DNA of 64,000 bases from Plasmodiophora brassicae (taxonomy: Eukaryota), in assembly GCA_036867785.1 (NCBI GenBank), contig CP145419.1, positions 1-64,000 of the forward strand, in the 5' to 3' direction. Positions 13,193 through 21,730 of this stretch are shown piece by piece; the stretch's first letter is position 1; each line of letters starts with the position of its first letter. The notes under the pieces were generated by a model. The model did not search any database. It was not told where the DNA came from and saw nothing but the letters and a program-made list of their open reading frames with translations. A program made the position numbers and the translations under genes.

Positions 13193-14419
13193 CTGCCGGA
13201 GCACAAGTTCATTATCATTGAGGCGCTGAAGCAACGCGATGTCATCACGGGCATGATGGGTGTTGGTGTCAACGATGCCCCGTCTCTGATGCAGGCGCAC
13301 GTCGGCGTAGTACGACTCCGCTGAGACTCACGCAAGCACCAGCTGATCATCGTTGCTCTTTGTCGGTGTAGGCTGTCGAGGGCGCCACTGATGCTGCTCG
13401 CGCCGCTGCTGACATTGTTCTGACGAAGCCGGGCCTGAACGCCATCGTCGAGGCCGTCCTGATCTCGCGTCGCATCTTTGCCCGCATGAACTCGTTCCTG
13501 GTAACGATATGCTGCTGTGTAAACGGAATCAAGGGTTCAGTGAACGGATGGTGCGTTATGCACAGATCTACCGTGTGGCGGCGACGCTCCAGCTGATCCT
13601 GTTCTTCTTCGTCGCCATTCTGGCCATGCACCCGAACGAGCTCGGTCCGGCTAACGACACGTCGTTCCCCCAGTTCTGGACCATGCCCGTCACTGCGCTA
13701 ATCACGATCACGGTCCTGAACGACGGTACCATCATTTCGGTGGCGTACGACACGGTGCACACGAGCAAGCGCCCTCTGCTGTGGAACATCCCGCGTTTAT
13801 GGGGCATGTCCATCACGCTCGGCCTCGTCGCTTGTGTGTCGTCCCTGCTGATGCTCTGGCTGTCGTTGACCTCGGCGAGTCTCGTTCGTAACAGCCTGTT
13901 CAAGGCGTTCGAATTGTGCGCGCTGACCTTCGACCAGGTCATCGTCGTCATGTACTGTAAGTTGCTCGTCCTCAGTGGTCTTCGCAACGTCCAAGGGGAT
14001 AACTGTTGGTCAGTGAAAGTGTCGCTGAGCGATTTCATGACGTTATTCACGGCGCGAACCGGGGCTCGCACCTTCTTCTCATGCCGCCCGGGCCTGTTCC
14101 TGCTGGTCGCCGGATGCATCGCCCTGGCCATTTCGACATTGTTCGCTCTGTACTGGCCGTTCGGCAACAACGGTGGCGCAGCGATTTCCGGCCACTGGTG
14201 CGGGTTCATCTGGCTCTATTGCTTCATCTGGTTCCTCATCCAGGACTGTACGTACCCAGATAGTGGTGTACGGATCGACAGTGACTAACGCTGCGCCCAT
14301 GACTTCCAGCCATGAAAGTGGCCATCTTCAAAATTGTCGACTGGAACGCGGCTGCTGTGGATGAGAACGCCGCCGACGAGAACGATGAAGTCATGGCGGA
14401 GGTTCTTGCTGCTCTCTAA
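13193..14419 (+). pseudogene. 5'-truncated plasma-membrane H+-ATPase (P3A-type) fragment with introns
   Basis: Spliced translation [82 protein letters not shown] plus C-terminal TM helices. The hinge TGDGVND is altered to MGVGVND and no N-terminal part is visible upstream. Confidence 0.85.
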
Positions 14420-14939
14420 CCGCATACACCCCAACCACTCACTACCACCCCATGCTCAGTAAACTGGCTGTGTGGCTCACAAATGGCTCACCCCCTGTGT
14501 GGACTGGGTTTCTTCATTGACGTTGTCATTCTTCATCACACACTGACACACAGTGAAGATGAGCTCGAATGCGTGCTCAGTTTGCGGGAACGTGTTCACG
14601 AAGACGTCGTCTATTTGGTTGTCATTGCATCCTCTGACGTACAGGCTAACGTTGAGTTTTTAGGCAGTTTTGTAAACGGTGAATCTATGATTATTCATCA
14701 ACTTGTCAGGCGTTGACATAGCAGGTCGGCGCCGGAATAAAGTCCGTGCGAGCGGGAGGGGGGGGGGGGACCAACGTTAGTCGGTCAACGCGTCGTTGTA
14801 TAGTCGTGACAGTTTGACCGACCTTCACCATGGTCACCCGAGGAACCCGACGCGACAGACCACGAGAACCCTGACCCAGCAGAACCACCGAGCCCCCGGG
14901 TACCGACCGCCATGGACCAGTCGGCGCTGACGAGCACTG

Positions 14940-17600
14940 CTGCTCGAAGGCGACACGGAGGCTGCCTCGCAATGGATCTCGGCCATGTTCGTCGTCTTCT
15001 ATGCGCTTCAGCTGGTGCCGACGGCGTCGAAGTCGGCGTTTCATGAAGCGGTTGCTGAAGAAGGACTCCTATCCCATGGACCCGAGCAACTGGCGGGGCA
15101 TCGCGCTCCAGTCGCACCTGCCGTAGACGTACGAGCGCTGCCTCGTCTGGCTGATGCAGTCGCGTGACTGGCTGCGCGTGCACCGCCTCCAGTACATCCA
15201 GAAGGCGTTCGACACGACCGAGCGGGCACTCGTCTACGAGAAGTTGCTGGCGCGCGGCGTCCCCGCTCACGTTGTCGCCGTCGTCCAGTCGCTGTTCGAC
15301 GGATGCACGTTCCAGGTGATGCTGGACGGGCAGCTGTCGAGCGCGATCGACGTGCTGGTCGGCGTCTTCCAGGGCGCCGTGCTGTCCCCGTTCCTGTTCA
15401 ACATTCAGATCGACGACCTGCCGGCCGGGCTGTGCCGCGTCTTCCGGCGCGTTGCACCCTCGCTGTACGGCCAGCCGGTCCCTGCGCAGATGTTCGCCGA
15501 CGACACGTCTCTGTACGCGTTGTCGGACGACGTTGCACAGCGGATGCTGGACTACTGCGAGGAGTACGCCCGCCGGCATCGGTTCGTGTTTAACGCGAGG
15601 AAGTCGCAGGTGACGAGGGACCGCCGCGGCGCGACGTTCACGATCAATGGGGACGAGATCCCAGACGAGGCCGACCTGGCGTCCCCGACCAAGTTCCTGG
15701 GCATGGTGATGCGTGGCGGTGACTTCGCCCACGATGCCCAGCTCCAGGACCGGACGGGGAAGGCCAAGTCGCTGCTGATGGCGATCAGACGAACCGGCGC
15801 CCTGGCGACCAAGCACTTGTCCCTGGCCCGCAAGCGACTGCTCATATTCTGCTGGGTTCGCGCCCGCGCCGAGTACGGCCTCGCCTTCTCGGATCATTCG
15901 AAAGCGTCGCTCGCGGGCATGGACTCGTTGATGAAGTCGTCGGTGGCAATGGCCTTCGGGAACCGCAGCATCGTGCGCGGCAACGTCCTGATGCTGCGTG
16001 CAGCCGGCATCCCGCCGGCGGCCGCGCGTCAGGCGAAGCTGCGCGCGACCCGTCTCTTCAAGCTGGAGTCGTTTGCGGCGTCCGTCCCGACGGACGCGCT
16101 GCTGATCGTCGGCCAGAACGTGCAGTTCCTGCCGTTCACGGCCAAGCGGGCGCTCGCGGATCGACACAGCAACATCGTGAAGATCACGCGCCGGTGCCCG
16201 GTGCTCGCACGCTGTAACCAGCTGTGGGCGGCCGGTGCGCCGGCGCGACGCGAGCGCCAACGGGTGATTGACGCGTGTCGTGATAGGGGCCGACGTGTAC
16301 CGAAGCTGCCGCCGCTGCCGACGAGGGAGGACGCCCTGCTCCAGGCGCTGCATCAGCTGACGTGGGCCGGCGCAAGGGAGAAACTCATGCCGCTGCAAGT
16401 CCAGCCGTACAACCAGCCGCATCCCGTGGCGCGTTGTGCCGGCGAGGACGCGTACGCTGTCCTCTCCTGGATCTGCAACCGGTACCCGGGCTGCCAGATC
16501 CCGTGCCAGGGCTGCGACGGCCGGTACCCGACGTCGCGGTTCCACCTGGCACGTTGCGTCGCGTCCATGCACCTGCTGCACCCGCTGATTGATTGGCGGG
16601 TTCGGCTGATGCATCCTGGGCGGGCGGACTACAAGAACGCGTTCGACTACGTTTCCATCCAGCTGCAAGATTACGATGTACTTCTCCGACAAGAACCCGA
16701 GGCGGCCGACTCGACGACGGCGCCCTGCATCATGCCGACCTGGAAAGATCCGACCTTCCGGTTGTCTGACCGCCAGCGCCGGTGGATGCACGTGCTGGGC
16801 ACGGTGATCCGGGCGACCGTTGCCAAGTGCCTGCACGGGGCGCCGTTGTCGATTTCGGCCCAGGGCGTCGCGGCGCTGGCTGGACCGGCCTCCATCGCGT
16901 TCATCGAGCCGGGTCTACAGGACGAGCCGGACAACCAGGCCGCCGCCGCCGCCGTTGCCGCTGTCGAGGCCGTCATCGAGGACGCCCAGCCCGAGCCAGA
17001 CCGCCGCGTCGACCTGCTGTTCAAGCTAGTGCCGGCCGCGCTACTACTCCTGCTCATCTCGTCCGTCGCCGCCGATCCCGTCCCGCGCCCTGCGCAAGAC
17101 ATCGTCGAGCCGGCCCGCCTGCGGCCGTACCGTCACAGGCACGCGCCCGCCGATGATGATGACGACGACGAACACAGTATTCACCGGGCGTCCGGCAATG
17201 CCAGCCCACGCTGGCACCCGCCATGACCGCCCCGCCGCCCGCGCCGCTCCCCTGAGCGTGCGCCGCCGAGACCGTTCCCCTAGCTCCTCAAGATCAAGCC
17301 GTGCTGCTCCGCGCGGTCGGGCACCCACCTACTACTGTGACGGCACCCCCGATCCGACGCAGCACGGCACCAACTCTTCTAATTTCCACCACGACCAGCG
17401 CCATGCGACACGATCACATCGCGCGCCGAGCACCACACTGCCGCCGCTCGCCATATTTGGCTGAGCGGCGCAGTGCGCACAATCATCAGCTGCTCGGGCG
17501 ACTGGTCCCCGCTGTCGACCCGGCATCGCTTCCGAGCGACGCCGGGCGTCGCCTAGCATTCATTCGCCGCCTGAACAACGGCAAATAAACGAGAATGGCC
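14940..17600 (+). mobile_element. Degenerate, 5'-truncated non-LTR (LINE-like) retrotransposon: RT plus CCHC zinc knuckle
   Basis: ORF 15154-17226 has IQKAFDT, GVFQGAVLSPFLFNIQIDDL, MFADDT, KFLG and CQGC-x8-H-x3-C. The upstream RT region (LLKKDSYPMDPSNWRGIALQSHL*TYE) has a stop at 15124 and frameshifts. Element boundaries are approximate. Confidence 0.85.
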
Positions 17601-18849
17601 TAAAGCCCTGTAACAAAACCTAGTGTGTCATGCACTGCCGTCAAGGGTCTGCAGACGCGGGACAACAGTATGGATTTAATTGTGCTTCGCTCGTCGTCGA
17701 AGTGCGCTAGCCCTTAACGGCGGCGGTTGCAGATTCGAAACAGGAACAGGAACAGCGCCACCATCACAACCGTCCTCGACAGGTATGGCTGCGCGCTATA
17801 ATATCAAAAAACTGTTCGCGAACATTATCAGCGAAAATCGTACGGCTGAGGGCGGGTGGACGTTGGGGATAACGCCGTTCAGAACTATGAGCAGTGGACC
17901 CCAGTTGTTGCCAATCCGGCGCTGGACGCCGAAATAAAGCACATACATGAGCAACCGTCTTTCTTGCAGCGACGAGAAACCAATCGCCTACGAGGATCGT
18001 CGTGTCCTCTAGAAGTCCAACCAGCGTTATCAAAATATAGCCACGCGTAAATCGAAGCAAGAAGTACCGGCGGGTGGGGCGGCGGGCGGGGCGGCGGGAC
18101 GTGACGCGACATAGGCGGCCAGGGCAGCGTCGCGGGCACGCTCGGCGGCGGCGGCGTCGCGTTCCATGTCGGGCAGCCGCGGGTCATCGGGGTTGGCGTC
18201 CCGCACGGCCCTGTTCGCGGCCACGGAGTCGACGAGCGCCTGCTTGAAGAGGTCCTCCAAAGACTGCGACATGATGGCCGCCCACGTCAAACTGGAGTGA
18301 AAGTCCGTGTGGACAGACCTGGCCAGGAAGGTTGTGAGCGTCGCTCCGAGGCTACCAGTCAGGCGCTCCGAGGCCACTAGTCAGGCACTTCAGGTCGCCA
18401 TCATGTCCGAGGGCAGTGCCAAGCGCATGTCGGTATCGGGCACGCCAACGCCGGACATGCAGGTTGTTGGTCGATGACGATGGTGGCCCGTCGGCCACCA
18501 CAGATGGGGCTCTGCGGCCAGATGTTGTTGGCGCAAGAACCATGGCACGATTGTCGACAATAGAGTGTACTTACTCAACCGAGAAGCCCGGGCCGCCCGC
18601 ATGCGAAAATGGGCATGTCGGCGGAGGCTTGGTACGCCAGCATTATCGTCTGTTGGTGGCGCGCGGCGCCGGCGGCGGCCAACCTTCGCACCGCATTGGG
18701 GCGTCGCCCCCCGTGACGACGGCACGTGGACGGAAGGACGATGCGTCGCCCGATCGATCCGCCATCGTGTGCCGCACGAATATGCTGGTGCCGAGGGGCG
18801 GGAGGGTGCTTGTGGCGTCGAAAGAGAGGATGAACGGCGAGTGAGGATT

Positions 18850-19420
18850 TAACTTCATCGGAAAGGAGATGTACATTCGGAGGTCAGGGGTAAGTACTGT
18901 TGCAGGGTTGCTGGCCTATCGTGCGGCGACCAGCACAGCGAAGAACCACGTCGTAGCTTGGTGTCCTGGTTCTGACGAACTTACAGCAGGTTCTGCTGCT
19001 CGATGCGAAGATACTGATGCACCACGACTGTGGAAACAGCTTACCACACCGAATTAATGAGGACGTTGTCGCCAATGTCGCGTTGCTGGAGAGGTACTGC
19101 GTGTCCGCCTTCAACGTGACGCCCGTGTCTTGCTTGAATGCGATAGGCCAGCCTTCGCGACCGTGCCAAACCATAATCAGATAGGAAAGGGCGTTGTACA
19201 GCGGGTGTGTCTCCTTAACGAAGCGCAGTCCGCCACCACGTACATGTACATAGCACCAAGTTGCGTCCCTTGTCAAGCGCGCCCGTCGACATTGTCTGCA
19301 TCGAGTACGACAGCATCGAACTTCGGGACCGTGGGCTCGTTGTAGCGCCGAACATGTTCCCTGCTGGGGCGCTGGCAATGACAACCACTCGCAGATTTGG
19401 CGACTTGCACATGCGGCCCT
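18850..19420 (-). mobile_element. Helitron Rep/helicase N-terminal relic (frameshifted)
   Basis: Minus-strand fragments lie in Helitron order: EHVRRYNEPT, then GGLRFVKETHPLYNALSYLIMVWHGREGW, then GKLF..HQYLRIEQQNLL*VRQNQDTKLR. Confidence 0.75.
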
Positions 19421-19476
19421 TCCAACCGATTTCGGACCGGGCACCAAGGTCGGATCAGCCCTGACAGCGGGGTGCA

Positions 19477-19563
19477 TTTATGCAAATTGACGGCGTTGAC
19501 ACAGCGCGTTGCTTGATCAAGCAACGCGCTGCGCGGTGTGTCAATGCCGTCAAGTTGCATAAA
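19477..19563. repeat. 87-bp near-perfect palindrome/hairpin
   Basis: 27-bp outer arms with 2 mismatches around a perfect 30-bp core CAGCGCGTTGCTTGATCAAGCAACGCGCTG, with a short bulge. Confidence 0.9.
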
Positions 19564-20856
19564 CCAGGCGTGGCATTCGGTCCTACTTGCGTGCTCCAAT
19601 GCACGACATTCCGTTTTTCTCGTCTGGTCAGAGCCTGGCATGGTCGTATCGCACACGGAGCCAAACCCGGTGGCCCGGAACGACGACTGGCCCCTCGCCC
19701 TTTGTCGACTCCAGCGATTGCTGCCGCTGCGAGCGGGCTGCGGCCAGGGCGACTTGCGGGGCTGGTGTGCACGAGTATAGGCCAGCTGCTGCATTCAGCG
19801 TTATTCGTTGTGGAGATATATGTCGCTGGGGTCGTCCACAGCAGGCGGCGCTAGACGTCGCTGTTCTGCAGGACGACCTGCAGGACAGGGAAGAGACGCA
19901 TTCTATGCTGTTGGCGAGGTCGGCAACACCCTTGGCTGGTCTGCCGATCGCGACACCGATGTACGTCCTGCGACGGGCGCCGCACCCAGCGCCGTCTTCG
20001 GCAGACGGCAGGACGACGTCATGCTGAGTCGGCGGACGCGCGTGTCGACCTAATATTCTTGCACTGGGCGCTTCGGATTGCTGCGATATTTCAGCAAGGA
20101 GGGCGGCGGTTCGTCGACGTCAGGCAGGCATCCACATGTCGAGGCGACGGCCACGTGTGCTTGGTGGTGTTATGGCACGGCCGCGACGGGGGTCGCGCAG
20201 CCGCGCAGTTTGAATAAACGTCCACGGCAACCGACGGCTTCGGCAGTCGGTTAAGATGTCAGGAGACGACACGACGGACGACTATTGTCTCCACAACACG
20301 GAATTAACCGACTGCCGAAGCCGTCGGTTGCCGTGGACGTTTATTCAAACTGCGCGGCTGCGCGACCCCCGTCGCGGCCGTGCCATAACAGTACTGTTAT
20401 GGCACGGCCGCGACGGGGGTCGCGCAGGAGAACTACACGGTACAGGTGGGCTCAACGAATTGTTGGTTAACTTCCACGCTCGGTACCCAACCAAGCCGGG
20501 GCCGAAGTGGCGAAAGCCACCCCGCCGGCCGGCCCGATGACAGGGGACTATACTGTTATGGCACGGCCGCGACGGGGGTCGCGCAGCCGCGCAGTTTGAA
20601 TAAACGTCCACGGCAACCGACGGCTTCGGCAGTCGGTTAATTCCGTGTTGTGGAGACAATAGTCGTCCGTCGTGTCGTCTCCTGACATCTTAACCGACCT
20701 TAACCGTTCGTCACCGTCTGTCGTCGCATCGTCTGTCGCTGTCTGTCGTCACCGTCTGTCGTCGCATCGTCTGTCGCCGTCTGTCGTCACCGTCTGTCGT
20801 CGCATCGTCTCTCGATCGTCTACCTTCGGCCTGTCCGCCCCCTTCGTTCTTCGCTC

Positions 20857-21711
20857 GTGTACGTCTCGATGACGGTCACGCGCTCCGGCTCGACGGGCTC
20901 GACGGCTGACGAAGCCAAGTGCCCAACGACGCCTCCCTCTCCCATCGACCCAACGACCTTGGCCGATGTGGACGCCGCCGATCGCGCCCTCGCGGGTGCC
21001 TTACGGGCCTTCCAGATCCAACAGGATGCGTTCTTCACGGAAATGCGGGCTCGCGCTGAGGAGCAGCTGAAGATCTTTACCAACGCGCTTGCCAGTCCAC
21101 ACTCTACGCCGCCTACGCCCATGACCGATCCCTCGGCAACATCTGCTGAGCCGTCGTCACATGGCAACGATCCTGTTGTCACGACGACTAAGGTGTCGTT
21201 GAGCGAATTTTCCGGCAATTCCGACGACCTGCCGGCGAGCGAGTGGCTGGCGCTATTCGCTAGCATTGCCCGCGTCGATCTCTCGTCGACCCAGCCACTG
21301 TCAGCGGGCGCTCGTGCGCTCCTGGCTAGCTGCCTGAAGGGCGAAGCGCGTTTCGTTTTTCGTCAACTGGATGCGACCGCCTCCCCAGCCGCGTTCGCCG
21401 CGCTGCTCCGGTTTAATTTTCCAGAACCGGACGTCGAGACCCTCGAATCCCGGTTCGATGCCCTTCGTCAAACGGGACCGTTCGATGCTCATCTGCGTCG
21501 GTTCATGTACCTGTACAACGCCGTACAGTCGGCCTCGAAGGGCGAGTACAGTCTCCCGTCAAAGCGCCTGGCGACGAAGTTCCGCAAGTCGCTCGCCCCA
21601 GAGCTTTCGACCGAGCTCTTCAAGCTCAATCCGCCGACATTCGACGCCATGGTCAAAGAGGCAGCGCGCCTGGCCCCCCTCTATGCCCCGGCACACGCGC
21701 TGCCTCTTTGA
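20857..21711 (+). CDS. gag: Gag (C-terminally truncated) of the chromovirus
   Basis: 284-aa ORF between the 5' LTR and pol, with retrotransposon-gag-like motifs FSGNSD..EWL and LRQTGPFDAHLRRF. Confidence 0.75.
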   Translation: MYVSMTVTRSGSTGSTADEAKCPTTPPSPIDPTTLADVDAADRALAGALRAFQIQQDAFFTEMRARAEEQLKIFTNALASPHSTPPTPMTDPSATSAEPSSHGNDPVVTTTKVSLSEFSGNSDDLPASEWLALFASIARVDLSSTQPLSAGARALLASCLKGEARFVFRQLDATASPAAFAALLRFNFPEPDVETLESRFDALRQTGPFDAHLRRFMYLYNAVQSASKGEYSLPSKRLATKFRKSLAPELSTELFKLNPPTFDAMVKEAARLAPLYAPAHALPL

Positions 21712-21730
21712 CCATGGCGTCGAATGTCGG

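Noticed and set aside
14785-16836. 683-aa minus-strand ORF
   Set aside because: Antisense shadow of the GC-rich RT ORF, with no motifs.
18030-18377. Ala/Pro-rich 115-aa ORF as a gag fragment
   Set aside because: Low complexity, with no diagnostic motif or LTR nearby.
21371-21730. N-terminal 120 aa of the 1045-aa ORF as real Pol sequence
   Set aside because: It is an alternative frame of gag plus the inverted patch; RT homology starts at about 21731.
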